From assembly GCA_050290185.1 (NCBI GenBank), contig JBNKHE010000002.1, positions 320,001 through 384,000 on the forward strand: a stretch of 64,000 bases of DNA, in the 5' to 3' direction. The DNA comes from Pontiella sp. (GTDB lineage: Bacteria > Verrucomicrobiota > Kiritimatiellia > Kiritimatiellales > Pontiellaceae). A program made the translations under genes and the position numbers. Below are positions 18,206 to 28,037 of this stretch, piece by piece. The notes below the pieces were generated by a model that saw nothing but the letters and a program-made list of their open reading frames with translations, did not search any database and was not told the DNA's origin. Within the stretch, counting starts at the first letter, position 1. Every line of letters starts with the position of its first letter.

Positions 18206-19570
18206 CTACGGCATCGGCAGGCCGTCCATCGAGTGCAGCGACTTTTCGAGCAGCTCGTCGGGTAGCGGATAATCCTTCAGGTTGCCGTCGAAGAAGGCTT
18301 CGTAGCCCTTGAGGTCCATCAGGCCGTGGCCGGACCAGTTCATCAGGATGGTCTTCTGCTTGCCCTCCTCCTTCGCGCGTTTGGCTTCGCGGATGGTCTG
18401 AGCGATGGCATGCGACGTTTCGGGCGCGGAGATGAACCCTTCGGTCCGCGCGAACTGAACAGCGGCTTCGTAGCATTCGGTCTGGCCGATGGAGGTGGCT
18501 TCAATATGCCCCTCGTTCATGGCGTGGCTGACCATCGGCGCCATGCCATGGTAGCGCAGGCCGCCGGCGTGCAGCGGCGGCGGCACGAAGGTGTGGCCGA
18601 GGCTATGCATCGGCAGCAGCGGCGTCATCATGGCCACGTCGCCGGAATCATAGCGGTATTTCGCGCGCGTCAGCGTCGGACACGCTTCGGGCTCGGTCGC
18701 CACGATGCGGATATTCTGGCCGTGCATGCGGTCATTGATAAACGGGAACGCAATGCCCGCAAAATTGGACCCGCCGCCGGCGCAACCGATCACGACATCG
18801 GGATAGTCGCGGATCTTCTTCATCTGCGCCTGCGCTTCGAGGCCAATCACGGTCTGGTGCAGCATCACGTGGTTGAGCACGGATCCGAGGGCATAGCGGG
18901 TATCCTCGCGTTGCACGCATTCCTCGATCGCTTCCGAGATGGCGATGCCGAGGCTGCCGGGAGTGTCCGGATCTTCGGCCAGGATCTTGCGGCCGGTTTC
19001 GGTTTCCATGCTCGGGCTGGGAACGCAGTTGCCGCCCCAGGTGCGCATCATGATCTTTCGGAACGGTTTCTGGTCGAAGCTGATGCGGACCATGAAGACC
19101 TTGCATTCGATGCCGCCTACCATCGCGCAGGCAAACGACAGCGCCGAGCCCCACTGCCCCGCCCCGGTTTCGGTGGTGAGCTTCTTGATGCCGAACTGCT
19201 TGTTGTACCACGCCTGCGGAATGGCGGTGTTGGGCTTGTGGCTACCGGCGGGCGAAACGCCTTCGTTCTTGTAGTAGATCTTGGCCGGGGTGCCGAGCGC
19301 CTGCTCCAGGCGGCGAGCGCGGTAGAGCGGCGTCGGACGCCATATTTTCAGGTAGCCCATGATTTCGTCGGGAATGTCGATCCAACGCTCGGTGCTGACC
19401 TCCTGCTCGATCAGGTTCATCGGGAAGACCGGTGCCAGCGCCTCCGGGCCGATCGGGTTGCCAGCCACATCCACTGGTGGCGGCATCGGATGCTCGAAAT
19501 CGGCCGCCAGGTTGTACCACTGCTTCGGTAGTTCGTTTTCGGTTAACGTCACCTTGATCGCTTCACTCAT
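18206..19570 (-). CDS. trpB2: TrpB-like PLP enzyme (tryptophan synthase beta, TrpB2 type)
   Basis: PKQWYNL, SPAGSHKPN, TETGAGQWG, GSVLNHV, GCAGGGSN, HAGGLRYHG and SGHG motifs; no trpA adjacent. Confidence 0.95.
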   Translation of the reverse strand: MSEAIKVTLTENELPKQWYNLAADFEHPMPPPVDVAGNPIGPEALAPVFPMNLIEQEVSTERWIDIPDEIMGYLKIWRPTPLYRARRLEQALGTPAKIYYKNEGVSPAGSHKPNTAIPQAWYNKQFGIKKLTTETGAGQWGSALSFACAMVGGIECKVFMVRISFDQKPFRKIMMRTWGGNCVPSPSMETETGRKILAEDPDTPGSLGIAISEAIEECVQREDTRYALGSVLNHVMLHQTVIGLEAQAQMKKIRDYPDVVIGCAGGGSNFAGIAFPFINDRMHGQNIRIVATEPEACPTLTRAKYRYDSGDVAMMTPLLPMHSLGHTFVPPPLHAGGLRYHGMAPMVSHAMNEGHIEATSIGQTECYEAAVQFARTEGFISAPETSHAIAQTIREAKRAKEEGKQKTILMNWSGHGLMDLKGYEAFFDGNLKDYPLPDELLEKSLHSMDGLPMP

Positions 19571-19704
19571 GCAGCACCCCTTGTGGTTGAATAGTTACGC
19601 TGGAAAAACAACTGGCAGTTGTAGCCGCTTGCCGGTACAGGGTCAAGAAACATGGAATTACATTAGGTGTTTTTGTGTTCCGCTGTCCATGCACGACGGG
19701 TTGG

Positions 19705-19841
19705 TCTCACACAGCGCAACCGAGATAACAGAGGTTTATTTAATCCTACCCGTTCATTTCTCTACTAGCTCTGCGTGACACTCCCCATGTGTTCGCCAGA
19801 AGGCTTAAATCTCACACAGAGCAACGGAAATAACGGTGTTT
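19705..19841. repeat. degenerate CACACAGAG-type intergenic repeats
   Basis: tctcacacagcgcaaccgagataacagag (19705) and tctcacacagagcaacggaaataacggtg (19810), with an inverted degenerate arm ctctactagctctgcgtga (~19760-19778). Confidence 0.55.
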
Positions 19842-19910
19842 TTTACTATTCCATAAATAATCGTCGATGGAGCTGAACAATATGCGAGTAATACGGTCAC
19901 ATTATACATC

Positions 19911-20540
19911 ATGAAAATAAAATCGATTCCCTTCACGCTCTTTACCGCCCTTCTGGGTCTTCTCATAATACCAGTGCCAGCCCGGTCGGAAATTCCTCAA
20001 CCGCAAATCAGCCTCTCGGCCACCAACGCCCCCGCCCTGACGTTAGGTATCTCCAACGTGGCCACCGGCGGCACCTACCATGTCGAGCAAACCGGCCAGC
20101 TGACAACCAACAGCAACTGGAAGGAGGTCTATTCGTTCGAGGGATCGGTCGGCGACACCAACTGGAACACGGCGGCCTCCACCAACGCAGAATTCTACCG
20201 GGTCGTCAGGGAGCCCTATCACGCCAAGGTCGGGCAAGTTGCAACATTCACCACGTATTACCATGGCGTGAGCGGCACGGCGCACATCGTCAACAACCAC
20301 ACCATCGAGCTGCGCAACTTCACCTACGACGCTACCGGAATCGACGTGCGGGTGATCGTGTCCCCCAACGCCTCGTTCAGCCCCTATACAGTTATCAGCG
20401 AGGACCTGCTCGGGCCCGCCTTCTCGAATGCCACCCTCACCCTCACCGTGCCGGGAAGCATCGATCTCAACTACGTGTCCTACATCAGCATTTGGTGCGT
20501 TCCTCTAGGAATCAACTTCGGCGACGGCATGTTCCAATAG
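19911..20540 (+). CDS. secreted DM13 domain protein
   Basis: Signal peptide; C-terminal HGVSG...LRNFTYD..GIDV...SIWC..LGINFG (DM13-like). Confidence 0.8.
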   Translation: MKIKSIPFTLFTALLGLLIIPVPARSEIPQPQISLSATNAPALTLGISNVATGGTYHVEQTGQLTTNSNWKEVYSFEGSVGDTNWNTAASTNAEFYRVVREPYHAKVGQVATFTTYYHGVSGTAHIVNNHTIELRNFTYDATGIDVRVIVSPNASFSPYTVISEDLLGPAFSNATLTLTVPGSIDLNYVSYISIWCVPLGINFGDGMFQ

Positions 20541-20760
20541 CTGCAATGCTTCCATATTCGCGATTCGCCAATTTTGAATCTTGAGACCTCACCCCGTTGC
20601 CTATCTGCAACGGCATGTATGGTTTTCCCGGATTTTTATGCACATGCGCCATCCTATGCATAGGAAATGAGGGCTCTTCGCATATTTTTGTGGCAACGAA
20701 TATTCCGGTAGGTTGGAGTCGTTGCTACGAGGGTTTAACACACCGACCTGTGGAATTTCA

Positions 20761-21516
20761 TTAGCGCTCGGAATCCTCTACCCATTCGACATCCCCATCA
20801 AGGCCGCTGGGCTCACACACATCCCGGACGACCCGCTCGCCATCCACCTCTGGCCCGTATATTTTCAGCCAGATCCCCATCAGTTCGTCCTCGGAAATCT
20901 TGTTTTCATCATATCCCAGAGTAACAGTGCCCGGTTCAGAGACCGCAATCCGGTTGAACTTTTCTTCCAGCGTCAGCTTTGTCGTCCTGAGCGTCACGCT
21001 TTTACCCGGCTCGATAAGGCTTACCAAACCCGTCCCGGGACCGACATGCTTTATGGTTTCGTGATTACGACTGCTGACCCTCACGAAATACATGCTCTCA
21101 AGCCTCAAGCCCACGATCTGCCGCTTTGAGCGGTTTGTCAGCGTGACTTCATAACAGATGACCTCCCCCTTGCTGAAACCATTGGCCACACCTCCCATCT
21201 TTTTCCTATTGAAGCTTTCGAGCCTTTTCTTCTTGAAGGAAATCCGCAGGCTTTTTTCCGACAATACGCGATTGGCGTCGGCCCATTGCCTAATGTAGGT
21301 CTGGTCATCCGCTGAGAACCGTTTGGGCGAAACCCAGAAACGCTGGCCATCCTCCCGCTCCAATTGGATGGTTCCTTTCACGGAATCGACCGAAACGATT
21401 CTGGCTTCAACAGCGCGCCCCTGCTCATCGGTGAAGACACGGATGCCATTTTCTGCCGACGCTTGCAATCCAGATGACAACAGCACGGCCACCAGCCCCA
21501 CAATGATACACTTCAT
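20761..21516 (-). CDS. secreted protein with SHD1-like N-terminal domain
   Basis: Signal peptide; RVFTDEQGRAVEA...LEREDG...FSADDQTYIRQW; ggagg RBS. Confidence 0.75.
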   Translation of the reverse strand: MKCIIVGLVAVLLSSGLQASAENGIRVFTDEQGRAVEARIVSVDSVKGTIQLEREDGQRFWVSPKRFSADDQTYIRQWADANRVLSEKSLRISFKKKRLESFNRKKMGGVANGFSKGEVICYEVTLTNRSKRQIVGLRLESMYFVRVSSRNHETIKHVGPGTGLVSLIEPGKSVTLRTTKLTLEEKFNRIAVSEPGTVTLGYDENKISEDELMGIWLKIYGPEVDGERVVRDVCEPSGLDGDVEWVEDSER

Positions 21517-21777
21517 CAACACCTCCGATTATCAGGCGATAACCTATAAAACGAGGGAATCAGAGACAAGAGAACATCTCATGCATTGCAAAGACCTCCC
21601 GGTCTGGCCGGAAGCTGCAGGAGCTTCATCTTCCGCCGCTTTCCAAGGCCCTTTGATCCCCAAATCTTGGTACATTTTACTAATCTTATATATAAGTTTT
21701 TATTGTTGCTGTTTCTTTTCTTTTATATGTCATTCCATTGGTGGCAATGAAGCCCCGTTACCCAAAGGAGAGCAGGA

Positions 21778-22047
21778 ATGAAGAGAAGCAAATGGTTGAA
21801 ACTTATGACTGTGGCAATGATTGCATGCTTGGCTAGCGCTTTTGCGGCGGAAACCGGGCCCATCAAGGGCAACCCCGAAAGCAAGATCTACCACAAACCG
21901 GCGTGCCGCTTCTACAACGCAAAAAGCAGTACGAAGGAATTCAAGTCGGAAGCTGAAGCCAAGAAAGCCGGATACAAACCCTGCAAGCAGTGCGCCACCC
22001 CGAAAAGGGAAAAGAAAGAAACCACGTCCGCTGAACAAACCGAGTAG
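21778..22047 (+). CDS. small secreted protein with Ada-type Zn-binding domain
   Basis: Signal peptide; GNPESKIYHKPAC...F.SEAEAKKAGYKPCKQC. Confidence 0.85.
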   Translation: MKRSKWLKLMTVAMIACLASAFAAETGPIKGNPESKIYHKPACRFYNAKSSTKEFKSEAEAKKAGYKPCKQCATPKREKKETTSAEQTE

Positions 22048-22068
22048 ACCGACGTATAAGTACACGGC

Positions 22069-22099
22069 AAGCTCCGGGCAACGTGCCCGGAGCTTTTTT
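22069..22099 (+). terminator. intrinsic terminator
   Basis: aagctccgggca-acg-tgcccggagctt followed by a T run. Confidence 0.85.
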
Positions 22100-22184
22100 C
22101 TTTTGGTTCATGATGGATTGCTTTTGGTTTTTCTTCACGGACCATTTCACGTAGCTTGTCCGGAATATTGAATGGGGAATCTGG

Positions 22185-23600
22185 ATGGAAGATCTGAGCA
22201 AGTTGTTAAGCGCCCTGTACGGTGAAGTGGTTTGGGGCCGTTCGATGATCATCCTTCTGGTGGGCACGGGCCTGTATCTGACCGTCCGCCTGTTGTTCGT
22301 ACAGGTACGCCACCTCGGCCATGCCATCGCCTGTGTTTTCGGGAAATACGATCAACCGGAGGAAAACGGCGATATATCTCACTTCAAGGCCCTCTCCACG
22401 GCCCTGTCGGCCACCATCGGAACCGGCAATATTGCCGGCGTCGCCACCGCCATCGTAGCGGGCGGACCCGGCGCGGTTTTCTGGATGTGGGTAACGGCGC
22501 TCGTCGGCATGGCTACCAAGTTCACCTCCTGCACGCTGGCTGTAAAGTACCGCCGGATCCATGCAGACGGATCGGCCAGCGGGGGCCCGATGTACTACCT
22601 TTCCATGGGGCTGAAAAACAAAAAACTCGGAGCCCTGCTCGGCGGCTCATTCGCCCTGTTCGGCATGATCGCCTCGTTTGGCATCGGCAACATGGTGCAG
22701 GCCAATTCCGTGGTTGACGGACTGGGCTACCTATTGCCGGAAATGTTGCAGTCGGGAGGATTCACGCTTTTTGGCTTTGGCATTTCCTGGATGAGCCTGA
22801 CCACCGGCCTGATTCTCTCCTTCCTGACGGGAATTGTTATTCTTGGCGGCATCAAACGCATCGCCAATGTCGCGGGAATCATCGTCCCCTTCATGTGCGC
22901 CTTCTACGTGATCGGAGCGGTCATTATACTGCTCCTGAATATCGAAGCGATTCCGGGAGCTTTCGCACAAATCGTTAAATACGCCTTCACCCCCTATGCC
23001 GTCGGAGGCGGCATATTTGGAACCGCCATCCGCTACGGCGTGGCGCGCGGCGTCTTTTCCAATGAATCCGGACTGGGCTCCGCTCCGATCGCCCATGCGG
23101 CGGCCAAAACCAGCGAACCGGTGCGCGAAGGTACCGTCGCCATGCTCGGCCCCTTTATCGATACTCTGATTGTCTGCACCATGACGGCGCTGGTCATTCT
23201 GGTTACGGGCGCAAACCACAGTGATTTCAACGGCGGCGCGCTGACCGCCCATGCCTTCGAAAAGGGATTGTTCGGCTATGGACAATATCTCGTCGGCATC
23301 GGACTTATGTTCTTCGCCTATTCGACGCTGATTGCCTGGTCGTACTACGGCGACCGCTGCGCCGAATTTCTCTTCGGCGAAAAGGCGATCCCGATCTACC
23401 GCTGGGTCTACGTCGGCTGCATCACCATCGGCGCGGCCGGCGGATTGAAGATGATCTGGAATATCGCCGACGCCTTCAACGCGCTGATGGCCATCCCCAA
23501 CCTGATCGGCCTGATCTTGCTCTCCCGCGTGGTCGCCAACGAAATGAAACGCTATTGCATCCGCCTGAAAAACGGTGACTTCCGCAAGCCGGAATTATAA
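22185..23600 (+). CDS. sodium:alanine/glycine symporter (AGCS/AlsT family)
   Basis: ATIGTGNIAGVA, GGPGAVFWMW, GGPMYY, RGVFSNESGLGS and MAIPNLI motifs. Confidence 0.95.
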   Translation: MEDLSKLLSALYGEVVWGRSMIILLVGTGLYLTVRLLFVQVRHLGHAIACVFGKYDQPEENGDISHFKALSTALSATIGTGNIAGVATAIVAGGPGAVFWMWVTALVGMATKFTSCTLAVKYRRIHADGSASGGPMYYLSMGLKNKKLGALLGGSFALFGMIASFGIGNMVQANSVVDGLGYLLPEMLQSGGFTLFGFGISWMSLTTGLILSFLTGIVILGGIKRIANVAGIIVPFMCAFYVIGAVIILLLNIEAIPGAFAQIVKYAFTPYAVGGGIFGTAIRYGVARGVFSNESGLGSAPIAHAAAKTSEPVREGTVAMLGPFIDTLIVCTMTALVILVTGANHSDFNGGALTAHAFEKGLFGYGQYLVGIGLMFFAYSTLIAWSYYGDRCAEFLFGEKAIPIYRWVYVGCITIGAAGGLKMIWNIADAFNALMAIPNLIGLILLSRVVANEMKRYCIRLKNGDFRKPEL

Positions 23601-23675
23601 CCAAAACAAGCGATTGTAATGGCTGCAACCCGTCATAGGCGTCTACGTTGACGGAGAAACCAACGGGAGAATGCC

Positions 23676-23861
23676 ATGAATGAAAACCGCACAACCGTAA
23701 CCGACGTTGCCATTCCTTTCGGCCGCATGGTGATCATCATTCTCAAGTTCATGCTCGCATCCATTCCCGCCGTACTGCTGTTCTACGTGATCATGATTCC
23801 GGTCTTCATGCTCTTCGGACTGGGGCTGGGCGGCTGTACCGCACTGATGGCGGCCCCATAG
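23676..23861 (+). CDS. small hypothetical membrane protein
   Basis: VTDVAIPFGRMV..ILKFMLASIPA pattern; gggaga RBS. Confidence 0.65.
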   Translation: MNENRTTVTDVAIPFGRMVIIILKFMLASIPAVLLFYVIMIPVFMLFGLGLGGCTALMAAP

Positions 23862-23878
23862 CCGGAATAAAGGGCTCC

Positions 23879-24136
23879 ATGAATCCTGGCTATATAAAGC
23901 TTCTGCGATGGCTGACCATTGCAACCGCCCTTGTCATGATGGTTATCTTCGGTCATTACTGGAATGTAAGAAAGGTCGCCCTCTCCATTCTTATTCTCTA
24001 CGACCTGATGCTCCTGCTTCTTTCGCTGTGCTTACTCGCAATGATCATGACTGATGCCGGCGAGAAGCGGAAAAATATAAACGCCATCGTCTTCCTGATC
24101 GCCGGAGTTCTATCGCTTTTCTTCGTTTTCAGCTGA
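23879..24136 (+). CDS. small hypothetical membrane protein (3 TM)
   Basis: 85-aa hydrophobic ORF co-oriented with the upstream small gene. Confidence 0.55.
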   Translation: MNPGYIKLLRWLTIATALVMMVIFGHYWNVRKVALSILILYDLMLLLLSLCLLAMIMTDAGEKRKNINAIVFLIAGVLSLFFVFS

Positions 24137-24144
24137 CCGGACGA

Positions 24145-25830
24145 TCAGGCAAAGAGTCCGGAAATGAGGTCGGAGCCCATTTCATCCAGTCCCTTCATCT
24201 GCTTGGAGGATTCGAGCAGGTCGGAAAGCGACAGCAGCTCTTCTAGCAGGATCATGCGGGCCACGTACTGGCTGTTTGCCGGAACATTGAGCTGCAGCTT
24301 GTTCTCATCCTGGATCAGCGTGAATGCCATATCGTCCTTGCGCACCTGATAGGTCGGCTGTTCGGTATGCAGGTTGTGCACGAAAAACTCTTCCTGTTGC
24401 ACGGCATGGATATAGCGATGCAGCAAAAACTCGGCAATGTCGTGCGAGGGAAAATCGAGTTCGATCACCTCGATGTTCTCGACACCGCCCACCATCTCTT
24501 TTCGAACCCCCGAGCCCCCCTCGAAGGATTTAACCAAAAGCGGCGGAGCCAGCATCGTCGTCACCACGGTCATCATGATGGCGACGCCAAAGACTCCCTG
24601 ATCAATGACGCCAGCGGCCAGCCCGATGCCGGCAACGATCAGCGCCACTTCACCGCGCGGCAGCATGCCGAGTCCGATGCGTAGCGAACCGCGCAGATTG
24701 AACCGCATCAAATAGGCCGGCAGGCCGCACCCGACCACCTTTGCAAAAACGGCGAGCAACGAATAAACACCCCCGAAAAGCAGGATGGGTTTCATGGCGG
24801 AAAAGTCGACCATCATGCCCATCACACAGAAAAAGATAGGAACCAGAATATTGTAGACGCCTTCGAGGTTGTGTTCGATTTCGTGCGCCAGATCGGTGCG
24901 GGATAGTGCAAGCCCCATGATGTAGGCACCGATAATCATTGCCAGCCCGGCCAACTCCGCCAGCCCGGCCAGCAGTAGCGCGAGCCCGAAACAGGTGGAA
25001 ACCATCACTTCGCGCGAATGGAACTGCTTGATGGCAGCCGTAATCTTGCGGGCAAAGGCCAGTCCCAGTGCCGTGACCACCACGAAAAAGCCGATGGCCT
25101 TGAGGGCTATGAATCCAATCTTGGCCCAGTTGACGCCGCCCCCTTCCATCTCAACTTTTGCCATCCCCATGACGATGGCCAGCGTAACGATGCCCAGCAC
25201 ATCGTCGAAAACCGCACCAGCCAGGATGGTGACGCCCTCCGGGGAAGCCATCTTGCGCTTTTCAGCAAGAATGCGGGCGGTGATGCCCACCGAGGTTGCC
25301 ACGGAGATCACCCCCAGAAACAAGGCGGCCGGATCCATGAACGAATGGATGCCGTTATCCGGCCACAACACGGCGCACAAGTCGCCTAGCAGAAAGGCGA
25401 ACAGCAATCCGCCCAGTCCGACAAACGAGCCCACCACAGAATATCGCAAGAACGCCGCAAGGTCCGTTTCCAAACCGGCGAGAAACAGCAGGATGATCGA
25501 TGCCAACGTGGCAATGCCGTAGAGTTCAGCAGAAGCTGCCAGCCCGTCGTGTTCGGCAAAAAGAATACCGATGCCTGAAATATGGATCATTCCGCCCAGT
25601 GCATAGGGCCCGATCAGCATGCCGGAGGCGAGCTCACCCAGCACGGACGGTAGCTTGAGAAAGCGCTGGAAGAGAAACCCGCCGATCTTGGCGGCAATGA
25701 TGATAATGGCCAACTGGAGGATCAGCAGCATCATCACATGCGTGATGCCGTGGCCGGAGGCTTCGGTCAGATCAACAGCCGCGCCAACGTGCTGGACGGC
25801 GTTTGTGGCGGCATGGACGACTTCTGGCAT
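24145..25830 (-). CDS. cation:proton antiporter (CPA2) with C-terminal cytoplasmic extension
   Basis: PSVLGEL..GMLIGP, LFLAGLETD, ATSVGIT, GAVFDDVLG and MLPRGEVA motifs. Confidence 0.92.
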   Translation of the reverse strand: MPEVVHAATNAVQHVGAAVDLTEASGHGITHVMMLLILQLAIIIIAAKIGGFLFQRFLKLPSVLGELASGMLIGPYALGGMIHISGIGILFAEHDGLAASAELYGIATLASIILLFLAGLETDLAAFLRYSVVGSFVGLGGLLFAFLLGDLCAVLWPDNGIHSFMDPAALFLGVISVATSVGITARILAEKRKMASPEGVTILAGAVFDDVLGIVTLAIVMGMAKVEMEGGGVNWAKIGFIALKAIGFFVVVTALGLAFARKITAAIKQFHSREVMVSTCFGLALLLAGLAELAGLAMIIGAYIMGLALSRTDLAHEIEHNLEGVYNILVPIFFCVMGMMVDFSAMKPILLFGGVYSLLAVFAKVVGCGLPAYLMRFNLRGSLRIGLGMLPRGEVALIVAGIGLAAGVIDQGVFGVAIMMTVVTTMLAPPLLVKSFEGGSGVRKEMVGGVENIEVIELDFPSHDIAEFLLHRYIHAVQQEEFFVHNLHTEQPTYQVRKDDMAFTLIQDENKLQLNVPANSQYVARMILLEELLSLSDLLESSKQMKGLDEMGSDLISGLFA

Positions 25831-25835
25831 TGGGC

Positions 25836-26285
25836 TTATTTCCCTGTTAACAGTTCATAGATCTCGGCATGGGTTCTGGCGGCTAGAAGCTTTTCACGTT
25901 CCGCTGGCTGGCTGATTAGTCGGCTTACTTCGGCCAAAAACTGCATATGCGGACCTGCCCGTTTGACGGGCGAAAGGGTTAAAATAAAAATTTTGCAGGG
26001 GGATCCATCCATTGAATCGAAGTTTACTCCCGCCTTCTGAAGTCCGACGGCTGCCACCAGAGAGTTTACCGCATCCGTTTTCCCATGCGGGATCGCCACG
26101 CCGTTCTGCATTCCGGTCGACATCTTTTCTTCACGCTCGAGTACCGCCTGCAACACGACATCCCTATCCGTAATCTTGCCGGCAGCGACCAGACGATCAA
26201 CCATCTCCTCGATGATGCCTTCCTTGGTGTCGGCCTTCAAATCAACCCATACAGCATCCGGTGACAGCACTTTTTTCAGATTCAT
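25836..26285 (-). CDS. PTS EIIA-type protein (PtsN/fructose-mannitol EIIA family)
   Basis: EREEKMSTG..GVAIPHGK, FDSMDG.P, HMQFLAEVSR. Confidence 0.92.
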   Translation of the reverse strand: MNLKKVLSPDAVWVDLKADTKEGIIEEMVDRLVAAGKITDRDVVLQAVLEREEKMSTGMQNGVAIPHGKTDAVNSLVAAVGLQKAGVNFDSMDGSPCKIFILTLSPVKRAGPHMQFLAEVSRLISQPAEREKLLAARTHAEIYELLTGK

Positions 26286-26564
26286 CTTACACGAGCTCCA
26301 ACGTAGACAATAACATATCGATTGTGATCAGAAAGACTATGAGGTCAACAGTTTTCTCCGATTCGCAATACATATTCGCCCGGTTACGCGGCACAGGAAA
26401 CAATCACCTAGTAAATCGTACTAGTTTTTGGATTAATACTTTATTGCTCTTGTTGCCCCAGAATCATATGCCTTCAATATCTGCAGTAATGGATGCGGAG
26501 CCAGAGCCGGTGTCTGGCTTATTCGGGGGCGATCCTGATAGGGATCTGCCGATTTGAGGAAAGC

Positions 26565-26948
26565 ATGTATCATATAGAAAAAGAAGCCGACTGTTTGTCT
26601 GTGGTCTTCAAAGGCGACTTTGATTTCAGCACGGTCAAATGCATCATTAATGATCTGCTCATCACACCTGAATTTTGCTGCTGCCACGATATTTGGATGG
26701 TAGGCAAACACCGTGCCCAGGTCCGTCTGGGGGAAATCCAGAGCATTGTCGAAAATTTCAGCAAACTCTGCCCCAAGAATGCGTGTAATAAAAAAACCGC
26801 CTTCGTGGCTGAGCCCGGACTCACCTCGGCCATCCTTGAGCTGCTGGCATCAGGCCTGGATCGGAAACTTCCTCTGTCCTGCCGCATTTTTGAAACGCGC
26901 GAGGCCGCCGAAGAGTGGTTGGGATTCAAGAAAAGCAGTCTGACCTAG
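26565..26948 (+). CDS. hypothetical protein (STAS/SpoIIAA-like fold possible)
   Basis: gagga RBS; KKTAFVA...RIFETREAAEEWL C-terminal pattern. Confidence 0.6.
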   Translation: MYHIEKEADCLSVVFKGDFDFSTVKCIINDLLITPEFCCCHDIWMVGKHRAQVRLGEIQSIVENFSKLCPKNACNKKTAFVAEPGLTSAILELLASGLDRKLPLSCRIFETREAAEEWLGFKKSSLT

Positions 26949-27292
26949 CCATCGTCTTTGGCGTTAGTCCCGTGCGATTTCCATTCATCGATACGCGTTA
27001 GAATCCAAAGTGAAACCCCTGAACGATAGGCCGCACGGGCGATCATGTGCGCCGCCACGGGTGCCGTTAGTAGAAAGAACGCAATCACGACCACGCCCTT
27101 CGAGGTCACCGAGATCGTGTTGAAATGGATCATCATGCCGATGGTAATGGCGCTCACGCCCACGGTGCCGGTCTTGGTGGCGGCATGCATGCGAGTGAAC
27201 AGGTCGGGCATGCGCAACACGCCGGCTGCGGCAATCAGCGTAAGAATTCCTCCTAGAAGCAGAAACAGACATGTCAGAATTTCCCGGATCAT
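26945..27292 (-). CDS. mrpG: Mrp/Mnh Na+/H+ antiporter subunit G
   Basis: GVLRMPDLFTRMHAATK and LTAPVAAHMIARAAY; start MIREIL. Confidence 0.93.
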   Translation of the reverse strand: MIREILTCLFLLLGGILTLIAAAGVLRMPDLFTRMHAATKTGTVGVSAITIGMMIHFNTISVTSKGVVVIAFFLLTAPVAAHMIARAAYRSGVSLWILTRIDEWKSHGTNAKDDG

Positions 27293-27561
27293 TGCGCACC
27301 GCCTTTCTGGATATAGATCGCGAGCGATACCGTCCCGACAAACGAAAGCAACGCAATGCTGATGGCCGCCGGTATGTAGTAGAAGGAACCTGACTCCACG
27401 CAATGCGTTAGGATCAGCGCCACGACGATAGTGGACGACATGTCCAGCGCAATCACCCGGTCGGCCAAGGTAGGTCCGATGGCGACGCGCACAAACGTGG
27501 CAATCAATGCAACGAGCAACAGCAGCAAAATGATAGGGCAAACGAATTCAACCATGTCCAT
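27289..27561 (-). CDS. mrpF: Mrp/Mnh antiporter subunit F
   Basis: RVAIGPTLADRVIALD and LLSFVGTV; start MDMVEF. Confidence 0.92.
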   Translation of the reverse strand: MDMVEFVCPIILLLLLVALIATFVRVAIGPTLADRVIALDMSSTIVVALILTHCVESGSFYYIPAAISIALLSFVGTVSLAIYIQKGGAQ

Positions 27562-28037
27562 TACCTCAGCAATTCCAGTAAGCGGCGTTCCAGTCCGTCC
27601 TTGATTTCCTTGCGCAAATCGTCGGGATTGACGACATACATGGCGTGGATATACAGCGTTTTTCGGTCCGGCGACACATCGAGGCTCAAGGTGCCGGGCG
27701 TGAGCGAAATAATGTTGGCCAACATGGTGATTTCCAGATCGGTCTTGGCATCGAGGGGAATGCCTATCACCCCTGGCCGCATCAGCGGCAACGGCTTGAC
27801 CACATCCTGCGCAACGCGCCACGTCGATGCCAGCAGTTCCTTGGTGAAGACGAGAATGAAGATGATCAGTTGTAGTGATTTCTGGAAGTACGATGTCTTC
27901 AGCTCGGTCGCCGGATAAAGCACCGCGAGCGACAGATAGCCCAGCACAAAACCAACGCCGAGATTTCCCACGGAAACGTATCCCGTGAGCAACGCCCAAA
28001 ACATCGAAAGCAGCACATTGGTCAGGAACAGACTCAT
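27561..28037 (-). CDS. mrpE: Mrp/Mnh antiporter subunit E
   Basis: LANIISLTPGTL and LYIHAM motifs. Confidence 0.93.
   Translation of the reverse strand: MSLFLTNVLLSMFWALLTGYVSVGNLGVGFVLGYLSLAVLYPATELKTSYFQKSLQLIIFILVFTKELLASTWRVAQDVVKPLPLMRPGVIGIPLDAKTDLEITMLANIISLTPGTLSLDVSPDRKTLYIHAMYVVNPDDLRKEIKDGLERRLLELLR

Noticed and set aside
18326..19531. 401-aa plus-strand ORF
   Set aside because: Antisense to trpB2; a typical high-GC shadow ORF without recognisable motifs.
20652..20665. Perfect 14-bp palindrome tcctatgcatagga
   Set aside because: Single occurrence between convergent genes with no supporting context; could be chance.
22100..22184. Glycine riboswitch upstream of the Ala/Gly symporter
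   Set aside because: Only about 85 bp lie between the upstream terminator and the start, and no aptamer motifs are visible.
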